DNA of 64,000 nt from the NCBI RefSeq assembly GCF_009914755.1, contig NC_060925.1; one strand, 5' to 3'. The position numbers and the translations under genes are program-made. The first letter of the stretch is position 1; every line of letters starts with the position of its first letter. The notes below the pieces were generated by a model that saw nothing but the letters and a program-made list of their open reading frames with translations, did no database searches and had not been told where the DNA came from. Positions 24,811 to 38,360 of this stretch are shown in pieces. The DNA is from the human T2T-CHM13v2.0 reference genome, Homo sapiens.

Positions 24811-25689
24811 GTCATCCTGCTGCCTGTTGATCTCATCCACCTCAAAGTGTGTTGTGTTAGGAATCAATAAAATGGGCAACAACTATGCCTACCTTTGTAA
24901 AAATATATCACTTGGAAGGGTCACTGCAAATTTGCCTCAGAACAGTTTTTTTAAATCAATGTAGCATATAAGGAGTTTAAAAATGAACAAATTAGAAATA
25001 ATACACTATTTCTAGTTAAAATACATGTATTTTTCTAACAGCTTGCACCTACGTTAATCTGAATTTGTGGCTGGGAGGCACATTGTTTAAGGCCAAGTTT
25101 CACACAATAATAGGTAAAGATCCCCAGAAGGTAGTGATGTAGATATGAAAGCAAAACTGTTGAAAGAGAAAAAATGCTAGCTAGAAAAGCCAGGGTCAAA
25201 AGCTGTGGGCACCGGTGAAGGTATCATTGGAAGGATATTTGGGAAGCTAAGGAAATTTGCCAGTTCACCAAAGGTGGTGGTGAGGCAAGGTGAGGGTTAA
25301 ACTGTTTGGTCACAAGAGGTGGCTAATAGGCTAATATGTATATTCTTGCTGCCATTTGAGTCAATAACACACACCTTCCAAGCAGCCTTGCTGTAGGTCG
25401 TTCCTCTTCTTAAAAACTACCACTTCCTCCAGGCTCTCTGTTGATGTCCTGGCCTAATCACCTATGAAGCACTCCAATGCCTTCTACAATGTTCTCATAG
25501 TGACCAAATACCAGTAGTGCTCATTTTTTTAAGACCCCAAACCATCTTGGTATAGTTCTGATTGTTAAAAAAATAAAATAAAATTTATCTTTTGGTTTTA
25601 ATTCTATTCGTTAGGAACTGATAGATCATATCTTGTTACTCTTATATATGACTGGCTTCTTAAAATACTTGAAGACAGTCATTATTCCC

Positions 25690-26015
25690 TGTACTGGTTT
25701 GGGTAATTATTGACCATATCAGACAAACCCTGAAATCTTAGGGTCTTAGAAAAATAAAGGCTTATTTCTTTCTCGTGTGGGCCAGGATGCCTTTCTGAAT
25801 CCTGTACTATGCTTTCTGGAACATGTGGCCTTCAGGATTACTTTTCCAGAGGAAAAGAGAGATGGAAGTAGCAGAGTAACTGTTCATTGCCATGTCCTCG
25901 AAGTGATGTATCTCTCTGCCCACTGGCCAGAACTCGTCTTGTGACCATAACCCAACTCTGGGAAATGTAGGAGAGCACTTGGATGTTTAGACAACACTAA
26001 ATGTGTTGTCTGCTA
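25690..26015 (-). mobile_element. Old MLT1 (J/K/L-like) LTR fragment
   Basis: ACAAACCCTGAAATCTTAGGGTCTTAGAAAAATAAAGGCTTATTTCTT and CCACTGGCCAGAACTCGTC motifs. Confidence 0.55.
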
Positions 26016-26249
26016 TGTAATACTCCCAGAGTTTTTTTTTTTTTTTTCAACTGGCTAGATTTCTCAGAACCTTTGATGAAACATTTTATTTTCTCTTTCA
26101 ATTATTTCTTATAGGACAGAATCTCAAGTAACCTAATTCCCCAAAACCTCTAACATCTTCTATATAGTTTTTAACTGTACTTTAGTACAGTTTTTAATGG
26201 ATAAAACTGTAACACAGTTACATTGTATCCAAGCACTTTCCCTCACGTA

Positions 26250-26830
26250 GCTTAAAGACTACTGGGACAAGCAAATAGGAAATTCAAGTAGGATGTAAGA
26301 AGTATATTGATGATGTAAGTACAGAGGTCATAGCCACACACACAAAAAATACCTAACCTCAACCTTGCCTGAATGAAGAGATCTAATCTGAAATCTAAGA
26401 AATTAATTGGAGTCAGCCAGGAAGGAGGAAAACTGAGGCTGCCAGCGTCAGGGCAAAGGGAAGGGCATGCATGAAATCCAAGGCCCAAGTGCACAGTGAA
26501 CATAATGCATTCAAAGAACTATCGGAACTTCATTTCTACTGGAGGATGTAATGTGAATGGGGATTGGGCAGGGATGAACTCAGATTTAAGCACTGGCCCA
26601 ATCATTCAGAAGCTGGAAAATATACTTATGGTTTTTACTTTATAATAAAAGCAATGGGATTCATTGAAGCTTTTAAGCAGGGAGATGGAAAGGTCAGACA
26701 TATTTTAGAAAGATTTTTTTGGCTTCAATGATCAGATCAGATTCAGACTAGAATGGGCTAAATTTAAAGGTAGAAAGATCAGTTAGGTGACATTCATAAC
26801 AATCTCAATGGGAATGTACAGTATTCTGTA
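26250..26830 (-). mobile_element. L2 fragment
   Basis: GCAATGGGATTCATTGAAGCTTTTAAGCAGGGAGATGG...TTTTAGAAAGAT. Confidence 0.7.
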
Positions 26831-29800
26831 AGAGGATTTAAAAAAAAAAAAAGATAATGAGGAGTTTAGACAGCAGGTTTCCAAGATATCTTCAACCTGC
26901 TCCATCCAGAACCGAAATCCACTCGGGTTTCTGACTCAAAGGAACCACATCAAATTAGGTGTTTCTAACCCACTGATGTAAATAGCCACACTTTTAGTTT
27001 GAGTTTAAATAGGACACCTGTATAGATGTGTATTTATCCCTCTTTCAGGTAAAATTTGAGCTTATTTGGGGATCACATTTTATACCTCATTTTATTTCTA
27101 TTTGCAGTTGTAGGTTTATTATAGTTTAATTAATGCTAATTTAAAACACAAATATGGCATAACATATAAAACAAAACCAATTTGAAATCATTATTATTAT
27201 AATGCACTTGTACATGTGAATATTATTATAATATATATTATTATAAAGCACATGTACAATGATGTAATGTACATTATTATGATAATGCTCACATACATGT
27301 AGTTGTAATAATAAATAATAATGTCTTTCTCTGTCAAGTAATCAGAGATTATCTAATAATTATTTATTTATCCAATAATTCACTGACCTTGCAATGCTGC
27401 TCTGGAATATATTTACAGTTGAATGTCTTTATTTACCAGCAGGAAGAAAAGTAACCAAAATATGGGTTAAGTTGTTGAAGGAGCCCCCCTCAGGAGTGAT
27501 TTAGCTTAGAGGAAGCTTTGCATGTGATTATCTCTTTAAACTACTAATCTGGCAAGGAAAAAATATTCAAAATAATTAAGCTATTTCATTCTTTGAAAAT
27601 GGATTAGAAGTACACATCTTTAAAAGTAAATGAAACACATTTGTCATAGGAAACACTGCAAATAGTACAGTGTCTTTTTGACGTGAACCAGAAAAGAGGA
27701 CAAATATTTACTTGATCCCAGACCTCAAGGAATAAAGTGCCAACATCTAAGAGAGGTATTGTTAACCACACTTTTACCACAAATATGGAGCTTCCTTGGT
27801 CATAAAATATCAATGGTGAAACACATGTAAGAAAATATTTGTTAAATTTGCAAAGCATGTGTGTGGCATATATGAGGCAGCCTCTTTACACACATATCTG
27901 CAAGTGAGTTGTGTTCACCATTTGCCTAAAAAGAAGCCAACATGTGCTTGCATAGTGGAAGCTGATCACTCTGTTTTGGCAAAGAAATGAACATCTCAGT
28001 GGGAGCTGAGCACCACCACACAGTTGAGATTCTTGTTAAATTAAGATTATCCAATCTCACTGAGGAGAAAAATAATTTACATATTTATACCTCAAGCTCT
28101 TAATTTTCCAGACAGGTCTTAATAAGAACTGTCTTTATATAAGAAAACAAGCAAACTAAATATTTATTGCTTTCTTTTATTTTTCCTACCTAAATCGTAT
28201 AGTAAATAACAGAAAGAACAATGTGGCCACTAATATTCCTAACAGGCTTCAATTTCCAAAGTATTTAATTTCAAATATTTAAGCTTCTTGAAGAGAAGGA
28301 TCTATTAGTGTTTGTTATATTCTTACCACATACAAGGAAAGTGTTCAGTAAATATTCATAAAGTGAATATATGAATGAATGGTTTACATGGATCCTATTT
28401 TATATTTTGTTCCTAGATAACTCTAACACTAAATAGTTAATTTTATGATGCTCTTATTCTAGTTAAGATTAGGTTTATAAAGCCAACACTATGTCTTATA
28501 ATTAAGTACAAGACATAATTGTTTTAATTTTGAAATGTTAATGTCAGTTATAAAAAATCTATACTTTTCGCATCGATAAATATTTAATGGTGCTAAATCA
28601 TTCAAAATATCTTCACTTGATATTTTAAGGAAACATGTTCAAGGAAATGTTACTCCTTTTTTCTTTTACTGATTTGTACATTGGCTATTGACAAAATAAT
28701 AATCCCTATCATCATTATAAGAATTCATTTCCATAGATAGAACAATTCCATCGGTTTCTTAAGATTAAAAAGAGACTTTAGGTAATAGATTCTTCTTTGA
28801 TTTTCACAAGGTCTGGGTGTGCATTGTAATATTTACTTTTAGGGACCCAAGAGGACAGGAATGTGGCATGTGTAGTTACAGGTTCTGATTGAAGAAAGTT
28901 CCCAGTTCAGCACTGCCAACCGAACATTTAAAATTCTGTCTGCCTAAATCTTCATCGTGCTAGCAGCTCTGCACCAGTGATTTAGTAGCAAATTAGCGTA
29001 ACTTTGTACCTTTTTTTGCTGTAAGTATAAGAATAGGAGACTCAAATCTATTAGCTATGAAAGTAAGCCAGTCTCTTTGAAAAGCTATACTTATTGTGAA
29101 AATAATAATTATAAAGATTACTAAAAACGTGAAGTCTGTAGGGTGTAAATATTAAGTGGAATAAATTTTATTAAAAATATAGATGCAAATACACAAGGAT
29201 TGGAAGCTAACATGCAAAAATTAAAATACCTAGTTGAGGTTTAGGGTTATAGGTAACTATTTTTCCTTTTACAAAATTATATTCAATACTGTTGGAGCAC
29301 TATCTTTTTTATTTTTAAAATGATACAGCAGAACAATCTGGTGCCATTATAACACAAAAGATTATTCTAGAAACATCAACAAACAGTCTGGGATTTCTTT
29401 GTAAAAATGGATATGATGCCTTTAGAATTGTTACAGTATTCTGTGTTTCTAATACAGGCCTTTAGTTCATACTACCTTTGCCCACTTGTCCAAAACCAAA
29501 TCTTCTTCATTCATGTTGTAACTAAACTACTAAGTCCTGGCAAGTTTAATTGATAATAATCCTAAGCAAAAAATAAACTATGGGTAGTAAGTATCCAGAT
29601 AAATTAGAAGATTAGAAAGGACTAAAATAAAAACAATCATTAATGAAAAGGAAAACAAAATGGTCATACTCATATCAACTATTAATCTGAGTAAACACTG
29701 AATTACGTTTTGAAATTATTAAAAAATTCTTAATCATTTTTTATTTCTAAATCTTACACATTAACATGTTATTACTCATGGAACAGTTGCCAGTTCATGA

Positions 29801-29927
29801 CAGATATAAACAATAATGTTTCGTGATAATAAACCTTAAACTCATGCCTTTTGTATTTGCAACAGAGAAAAGATGAATAAGTGGTATGTGATTTATTTCA
29901 TAAGGTGGAATAAAACTTCTTTTTCTT

Positions 29928-30097
29928 TTCTTTTCTTTTTTTTTTTGAGACGGAATCTCACTCTGTTGCCAGGCTGGAGTGCAGTGGCGTGGTGATCTTG
30001 GCTCACTGAAAAACCTCCTCCTCCCAGGTTCAAGCAATTCTCCTGCCTCAGCCTCCCGAGTAGCTGGGACTTACAGGTGCGTGCCACCTTGCCTGGC

Positions 30098-30130
<33 letters not shown>

Positions 30131-30415
30131 CGGAGTCTCTCTGTCGCCCAGGCCGGAGTGCAGTGGCGCAACCTCAGCTCACCGCAAACTCCGCCTCCCA
30201 GGTTCATTCTCCTGCCCCAGCCTCCCGAGTAGCTGGGACTACAGGCGCCTGCCGCCGCGCCCAGCTAATTTTTTTTTTTTTTTTTTTTTTGTATTTTTAG
30301 TAGAGATGGGGTTTCACCGTGTTAGCCAGGATGGTCTCGATCTCCTGACCTCGTGATCCGCCCATCTCGGCCTCCCAAAGTGCTGGGATTACAGGTGTGA
30401 GCCACCGCGCCTGTC
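29928..30415 (-). mobile_element. Composite Alu: full AluY (30101-30415) followed by an extra AluSc-like right monomer (29928-30100)
   Basis: One left and two right monomers. A single TSD CTTCTTTTTCTT (29916-29927 and 30419-30430) encloses the whole unit. Confidence 0.9.
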
Positions 30416-32008
30416 ACCCTTCTTTTTCTTAAAGTTATATTTCTTTAAAACAATATGAAATAGTTATTCATGGGGAAAAAATGCAAGTTTTACATGTAGA
30501 ATTACCTTGTCATATTTTTCTGCTTTCTTATCCAGACAGAGATCTTTAATTTTAGTCAATACGGTAGTCCTGTCATCATTCTCAAGAAAATTTGCAAATC
30601 ACTTTTATATGAAAAATAAGAAATTGTTTTCTCTACCTCACACCACCAAATAACATCATGCATTAAAATTTCTGTCAATGATCAGTTGAGGAATATTGTA
30701 AGAGGTTACACAAGGAACAAATAGAAAATGACAACTGAGTTTGATGTATGACTGCTTAACCTGGAGAAACCAGGTCCTGCAAAGAAGAACTCTTTTATGA
30801 AACACACACACACACCACAGCCAGTTAGAAGGAAATATTGATATTATTAAATACACTAGGGTGCCAATCTGCTCATGTAATACTAAGCATCTGAATAACA
30901 TTCTGAGCATAAAAGATTTAGAAAGAAAAGGAATCATGGCTCTGGAATGAACAGTCAATAATATGACAACTATAAAAGGACTATTTGGAATTCAGAGATC
31001 AAAAAGGAGCTGTAGTCTTTGCAGCTCCATCAGGAATTAGGCCCAAACCACTTCCCCTTTTTATGACAGTATTCAACTGCGCACTTTAGATCTTCCCAAC
31101 AGAAAGCCTAATGAGCCCTGTGGAGGCCACGCTACCTGCCAAGAAAATAATCCATCCTCCAAAAGCCCCAGTGACAATATTTCTCAATGCTCAAAAAAAA
31201 AACCTGCTGAAATGTTGTCACTCAAAAGACTTTCTACGGTCCTCTCTGGCAATCCTATAGAATGTAATGAGTGAAAAGCCAAAGTACACAAAAGAATCAT
31301 AATTTCCAAATTTAGAAAAGAAAAAAGTGCCATAAGTCAGAAAATTAACTACTAACTGTCAAAGATGACCTTCAAGAAGCATCAAACAATTCTGTCGTGG
31401 CTTCTCAAATTAGCCTAGCAGTAATGCTCAATAACTAAGAAGAGGTCACAGTGCTTTCATTCACTGTCCTGCTAATGTGCAACCTGTTCTTAAAATTCTT
31501 ATTGCCGCTTCATTTTGGACATATATTTTAAGATAAAATAATCCAATCCCTAGGTCACTGAGTGAGGAAATTTGGGAATGGGAATGTTACAAAGAAGAGA
31601 GCTTTCTTTTTTCCATATTTTTCTTCTTTTTTTTAACCTCTTATTGGCCATTTTGTTTCTTTTTTAAAATCAAACATCAATATTGTTTTTAACCTTTATA
31701 TATGAAAAAAAGACAGACTGCCCTCTAGGGTATTCAGAAATCAGTATTTATGACTCTGATAAGGCTATCTCTCTAGATTGCTATTATAGAAATAAATGGA
31801 AATGCATCATGAGTAAGGCACCATATCTACCCTCAAAAAGCTTGTATTATAGTTATTATATGACAAATATAGGGTACTAAGTGCTGTAGTAAGGCAACAA
31901 TAGAGATCAAAGTAGTCCTATAAATGTATACCAAGTTTAGTCTTGGAGAATTCAAGAATTTTTCTGGAAAAAATGATGATTAAACTGAGACCATAAAAAG
32001 AGTACGAT

Positions 32009-32286
32009 ATGGGAGGCTGAGGCAGGAGGATCACTTGATGCCATGGTTTGAGACCAACCTGGGCAACAAAGCAAGACCCCATCTGTACAAAAAATAAAAA
32101 TAAAAAAAAAAGTTATCTGGGCATGATGGTGCATGCCTGTAAGCCCTAGCTACTTGGGAGGCTGAGGCGGGAAAATTACTTGAGCCCAGAAGTTCCAGAT
32201 GCAGTGATCCATAATCATGCCACTGCACTCCAACCTCCAAACCAGATGACAGATGAAGACCCTATCTGTTAAAAAAAATAAATAAA
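32009..32286 (+). mobile_element. AluJ, 5'-truncated
   Basis: GGGAGGCTGAGGCAGGAGGATCACTTGA..., diverged, with an A-rich tail. Confidence 0.88.
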
Positions 32287-32490
32287 GGGGTGGGAATTGC
32301 CTTATTAATGTGTCAGCCTTTGATTATGCAATAAAGAACTTAGAAGATCAAAATTGTGATTTCAGCTGGCAAGTCACTTAAATTCTGTGTCTTGATTGTC
32401 TCTACTCTGAAACTAATTTTTCCAAACTTATAGGATTATTATTAGCATAAGGATGTCTGAGATTAGGAAACTAAAAGTGAGTGCTCAGTG

Positions 32491-34926
32491 TGATATGGTT
32501 TAGATGTTTGTCTCCTTCAAATCTCATACTGAAATGTGACTCCCAATATTCGAGGTGGGGCCTGGGAGGTAATTGGATCATGGTGGTGGATTGTTCATGA
32601 GTGGTTTAATAATATCCCCTTGGTGTTAAGTGAGTTCTCTCTAATAGTTCATGCAAGATCTGATTGTTTAAAAGAGTCTGAGACCTCCTCTTGCTCTCTC
32701 TCTTGCTCCCTGTCTCAACATGTAAAATGCTGGTTTTCCTCTACCTTTCACCGTGATTGCAAGTTTCCTGAGGCCCTCACTGGAAATAGATGCTGGCACC
32801 ATGCTTTCTGTACAGCCTGTGGAATTATGAGCTAAAATAAACTTTTTTTCCTTATAAATTACCCAGCCTCAGGTATTTCTTTATAGCAATTCAAGAATGC
32901 ATTACCATAGAAAATTGGTACTGAGAATGGGGTACTGCTATAAAGATACTTGAAGATGAGGAGGCAGCTATGGAACTGGGTAACAGGCAGAGTTTGGAAG
33001 AATTTGGAGGGCTCTGAGAAGATAGGAAGATGATGGAAAGATTTCAGCTTTTTAGATAACTGGTTAAATAGTTGTGACCAAAATGCTGATAGAGACACGG
33101 ACAGTGAAGGCCAGGCTAATGAGGTCTCAGAAATGAGGAAGTTATTGGAAACTGGAGTAAAGATCACTCATGTTATGTCTATCAAAGAGCTTGGCTGCAT
33201 TGTGTCCATGGCCTAGGGCTCTAACAGAAGTTTGAACTTAAGAGTGATGATCTGTGGCATCTGGTAGAAGAAATTTCTAAGCAGTAAAGCATTCAAGAAG
33301 TGGCATAGCTGCTTCCAACAGCCTATCATTAGATACAGAAGCAAAGAAACACCTTAAAGTCTGAATTCTTATTTAAAAGACCAGTAGAGCATAAACATTT
33401 GGAAAATTTGCAGCTTGTCCCTGTGGTTGAGAAAGAATCCAATCAGTCTGTGGAGCAACCACTTCCTAGAGAGATTTTCATGACTAAAAAGGAGCCAGGT
33501 GCTAATATCCAAGACAATGAGAGAAAAGTCTCAAAAAAATTTCAGAAATCTTTAAGGCAGTGCCTCTCATCACAGGCCCAGAGGCCTGGGAGGAATAAGT
33601 GATTTTAGGGGCTAGACACAAAGCACTGCTGCCCTACAGAGCCATAGCACACTGATCCCTGCATCCCAGCCACTCACCGTCACTCAAACGGCCCCAGATA
33701 CAGCTTGGGCTCCACTTTGAAGAGCACAAAATGCTATAAGCCTTGGCAGCTTCCATGTGGTATTAAGCGTACTGGTGCCCAGAATGCAAAAGTAAAGGAA
33801 GCTTAGCATCTCTCACCTAAATTCCAGAGGATACGTGGGAAAACCTGGGCACCTAGGCAGCCTGCTGCAGGGGCAGACCCCCATAGAGAAAGTCTACTAG
33901 GGCAGTGCCTAGGGGAAATGTGGAATTGGAGACCCCACATAGAATCCCCACCAGGGCACTGCCTAGTGGAGCTGTGGGAAGGGGACCACAGTCCTCTAGA
34001 CCCCAAAATAGAAGATTTACCAGCAGCTTGCCGCCTCAGCACGGAAAAACCATAGGCATTCAGCCCCAAACCATGAGAGCAGCCGTGAGGGTGGCATCCT
34101 GCAAAGCCACTGGGGTGGAGCTGCCCAAAGCCTTGCACTAGTGTGCTGTGGTTGTGAGACATGGAACCAAAGAATATTCTTTTGGAGCTTTAATATTTAA
34201 TGGCTTCCCTGCTAAGTTTCAGACTTGCCTGAGGCCTATTGCTCTGTTCCTTTGGCAAATTTATCCCTTTTGGAATGGAAAAGTATTTATACCACTATTG
34301 TATCTTGGGAATAAGTAACATTTTATTCTTTGACCTCACAGGTTCGTAGGTGGAAGGAATTCATCTCCAGATAAGACTTTGGACTTGGGACTTGGGATTG
34401 TTTAGTTAAGGCTGGAACAAGTTAAGACTTTGGGGGACTATTGCAAATTCATGATTATATTTTGAAATGTGAGAAGGACATGAGATTTGCAGAGGACAGG
34501 GGTGGAATGATATTGTTTGGATGCTTGTTCCCTCCGAATTTTATGTTGAAACGTGATTCCCAATGTTGGAGATGGGGCTTGATGGGAGGTGGTTGGATCA
34601 TGGGATGAATCCCTCATGAATGGTTTAGCACTATCCCCTTGGTAATAAGTGACTTCTCAGTTAGTTCAAGTGAGATCTGGTTATTTAAAAGAGTTCAGAA
34701 CTTCATCCTCTTCTCTCTCTTGCTCCTTCTCTTGTCATGGGACATGCTGGTTCCCCTTCTCTTTCCACCATGATTGTAAGCTTCCTGAGGCTTTCACTAC
34801 ATGCAGATGCTGGAACCATGCTTCCTGTACAGCCTGCACAACCATGAGCCAAAATAAACCTTTTTTTCTTATAAATTACTCAGCTTCAAGTATTTATTCA
34901 TAGTGATGCAAGAATGGACTAACACA
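32491..34926 (+). mobile_element. Complete MSTB/MSTB1 MaLR retrotransposon (LTR 32491-32909, internal region, LTR 34508-34926)
   Basis: Two LTRs start TGATAT(G/T)GTTT(A/G)GATG. Internal ORF remnants (ELETPHRIPTRALPSGAVGRGPQSSRPQN) are homologous to the THE1 internal region. A purine tract precedes the 3' LTR. Confidence 0.92.
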
Positions 34927-34974
34927 ATGACAATATGTCACTATATGTTTTATTACTTATAAAAGCTTACATGG

Positions 34975-35420
34975 TGTGGTAAGCAACTTTTAAGATGACC
35001 CCTAAAAGTCCCACCTCTTGTATTCACTCTCTTGTATAATTGCCTTCTGATTAAGTATGGCCTGGATTTATTTACTCAGTTGTAAAGAAAGAATATAGCA
35101 GAAGTGATGGTATGTCATTTCCAAAATCAAGTAATAAAGACTGTGACTTCTGAATTGGGGTTCTTTCTCTCCCACTCTCCCTTGGATTTCTTACCCCAGG
35201 AAAAGCCAGCTGCCATGTTATGTGGCCCTTTTCAGAGGCCCATGCAACAAGGGAACAAAAGGTCTGACAGTAAGCATGTAATGGTTATGAAATAGATTAT
35301 ACCTTCTCATATAACCACCCAGCTGAAACTTCAGATAAGACCACTGCCCTGGCTGACAGCCACCTTAATCAAAGATTTTGAGTGAGTTGTAACTGTTAAG
35401 CTGTGCTTGGATTTCTGACA
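34975..35420 (+). mobile_element. MLT1F/E-like LTR
   Basis: TGTGGTAAGCAACTTTTAAGATGACCCCTAAAAGTCCCACCTCTTGTATTCAC start. Confidence 0.65.
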
Positions 35421-35539
35421 GGCTTGTTAAACACTTCAGTGTTTTTATTGAAAGTCCAGAGGGACTATGGGGATTAGAAAAAGAACATGACCAGAACTAA
35501 AGGAATAATGATAAGATTAAGGGCAAAACTAAAATAGCT

Positions 35540-37512
35540 CCTTCCTAACAAAGCACACAGTGAATGGCCTTCACTAGTTCAAAGTAATCAGGTAATAATT
35601 TACAGACAAATATCAATACTCTTCAGAGGTATATAACAGAATTGACATGCTCCACAACTATTATCTAAAGTTTGTAGTCTAAAATTTTAAAGAAATTGTG
35701 AAGATGGAAAAAACAGATAAGTAAGCAAGAACTTTAAAATAACTATGGCAAATATCTTATCATGTACTTATCATGTACGTTTTGTACATGAAAAAGTAAT
35801 ATAATTATTGAAGTCCTGAGAAATTTCAGGAGATATCCAGAGCTACAAAAAGGAATCAAATGAAATTCTTAGAACTGCAAAATGCAATATCTGAAATAAA
35901 ACATCCATTGGATGGAATTAACAATGGACTGGATAAAAACAGAAAAATGTATAAGTGGATTTGTAGATAGATCAATAGAAATTATTCAGGTCAAAACAAA
36001 AATATTGAAAAATGAAAGGAGCCTCAGTAATCTGTGGGACAGCATCAAGCTATATAATGAACTTGTAGTCCAGAAGACATGGATAGAGTGATGTATCAGA
36101 AAAACAGTTGAAGCAGAAAATATTAGGCAAAAAAAATTCAAATTGGATTATAAAAAGCAAACTAGAAAACCAGGAAGCTAAGCAAACCCCAAGAAAGATA
36201 AAAATGAAAAGAAAGCCATATTTAGTCACTTCAGCATCAAACTTCTAAGAAGCAATCATAAAGAGAAAATTGTAAAAGCAGCCAGAGGGAAAAAGACATA
36301 TTACACACAAAAGAAAAAGAATATAAGTAATTGCTGACTCTTCATCAGAAACAACAGAGGCCAGAGGCAATGTGACTACACCATTAAATAGATGTCAGGA
36401 AAAACAGCCTGTCAACTTAGAATTCTATATCCAGTGAAAATGTATTTCAAAACTAAAGGGAAAACAACAAAGCTATAAGAATATGTCACCAGCAGACAAG
36501 CAATACAACAAATGCTAAAGGAAACTCTTTGGGCTGAAACAAGTGACACCAGATGGAAATATGGGTCAACAGGAATGAGTGTAGAGAACTAAAAATGGTA
36601 AATATCAAAGACTAATTTTATTTTTTCTTACATTGTTTTTATTATCTTTTTTGCTTACATTACGTAAATGTTTTTATTTTTTACATTATTTCTTACATTG
36701 TTTTTTCTTACATTTAAAGTAAATTAACTATTTACAAAACAGTAAGTGAATCTTTCAAAGTTGAAGAACATGAGTCAGTATAAAAAACAATTAAATTCCT
36801 ATATTTAGTACAAGTGGAATATAAAATAAAATGAAACAATATTATTTTCAATACTATCAAAATTATAAAGTATTATGAATGCATTTAATAAAAATCTTCA
36901 ATATTTCCACAATGAAAATTACCCATAGAAATTTAAAAAGATTTAAATAAATGGAATACTATATCTATTATATTCATGGATTCAAAAATTTTATATTGTT
37001 GTCAATTGTTGTTAATTATTCTCATATTGATCTATAGATTCAGTGCTAAATCAAAATATCTGCAGGATTTCTGTTTTAGAAAAAATTGTCTGACACTAAA
37101 GTTTGTATCAAAATACAAAGAAAGTAAATTAGCCAAATCTGTCACAAGAATGAATTTGGAAAATATATACTTAAGTAAGACTTTCTTTAAAGAGTTAGTA
37201 ATATACACACTGTGGTATTTAAAATAAAATAAACAAATAAATAAGCATACATTTAACTGAACAAGTAAATAAACAGGTAAATAATAAATGTGACACATAG
37301 AGATTTCAGAAATAGACCCAAATGTATATAACCACTTACATAGGTGCCAAGGTAATTCAATTGAGGATGGATAGTTTTTTTCAACAAATGTTACTAGAAT
37401 AAGAAGATATACAATTAAAAAAAATTAAGCTTTACCCATACCTCACACCATACACAAGATTAATTCAAGATGTATCATGGACCCAAATGTAAAAGCAAAA
37501 TCTCTACAACTT
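35540..37512 (+). mobile_element. Ancient L1M (L1ME/MC) fragments: ORF1 region then ORF2 3' region
   Basis: CTGACTCTTCATCAGAAACAACAGAGGCCAGAGG...AGAATTCTATATCCAG (ORF1) and CCATACCTCACACCATACACAAAGATTAATTCAAGATG (ORF2). Confidence 0.75.
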
Positions 37513-37827
37513 CCACAATGTTGTAAATCCAACCAACATTACATATATAATTTCAATCAACATTATATGTACATAATGTTGATTGAATTAATGCAGATAC
37601 AAAAAGACTCTACAGGTGTGTGTCAGAAAATTCTAAAAGCGGTTTTAACAACTAAACTGAGGCAAGTAAGAATATAATGCTACAACATTCAACTGGTGTA
37701 TTGTAGAATCACACTCTCTTAACTGAAAGGAACCTGATAGATCAAATCCAATCTCCTTCTCCTACCCCTACTCCTCCCTCCTCCTCTGCTTCCTCCTTCT
37801 TCTCCTCCTTCTCATTCTTATTTGCTT

Positions 37828-38048
37828 GAATTTCTGCCTCCTGGGTTCAAGTGATTCTGCTGCCTCAGCCTCCTGAGTAGCTGGGATTGCAGGCATGTAC
37901 CACCACACTGGGCTAATTTTTGTATTTTTAGTAGAGTTAGGGTTTCACCATGCTGCCCAAGCTGGCCTCCAACTCCTAGCCTCAAGTGATCCACCCACCT
38001 TGGCCTTCCAAGTGCTGGGATTCCAGGTGTGAGCCACTGTGCCCGCCC
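37828..38048 (-). mobile_element. Alu (S/J) lacking its 3' end, adjoining a CT-rich tract at 37755-37815
   Basis: Alu antisense left monomer and partial right monomer. Confidence 0.88.
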
Positions 38049-38149
38049 AATTATTCTTTTTTCTAATGAAAAAACAAGGACCTAGAGAAGCAAATGATTT
38101 GGCCAGTCATCCAGTCCATACTAAATAACTAAATAATTTAGACACACAC

Positions 38150-38360
38150 TAAAAGATTCTATGCATGTGACTTTTACAATAGGCAAATCTATACTTATGG
38201 TGATAGATATTAGAGCAGTGATTTCCTTGAGAAATGAGAGTAGATTTATTGGAAAGGAGGAGCAGGAAGATACTTTCTGTGATGATGGAAATATTCTACA
38301 TCTGCTTGCAGTATATCTGTTGAGTAAAACTCAGCAAACTTGGACATAAAATTATTTTTT
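38150..38360 (+). mobile_element. L1ME 3' end fragment
   Basis: AATAGGCAAATCTATACTTATGGTGATAGATATTAGAGCAGTG...GATGATGGAAATATTCTACATCT. Confidence 0.65.

Noticed and set aside
27185-27322. AT-rich quasi-palindromic stretch
   Set aside because: Low-complexity sequence with no stable unit or clean inverted repeat.
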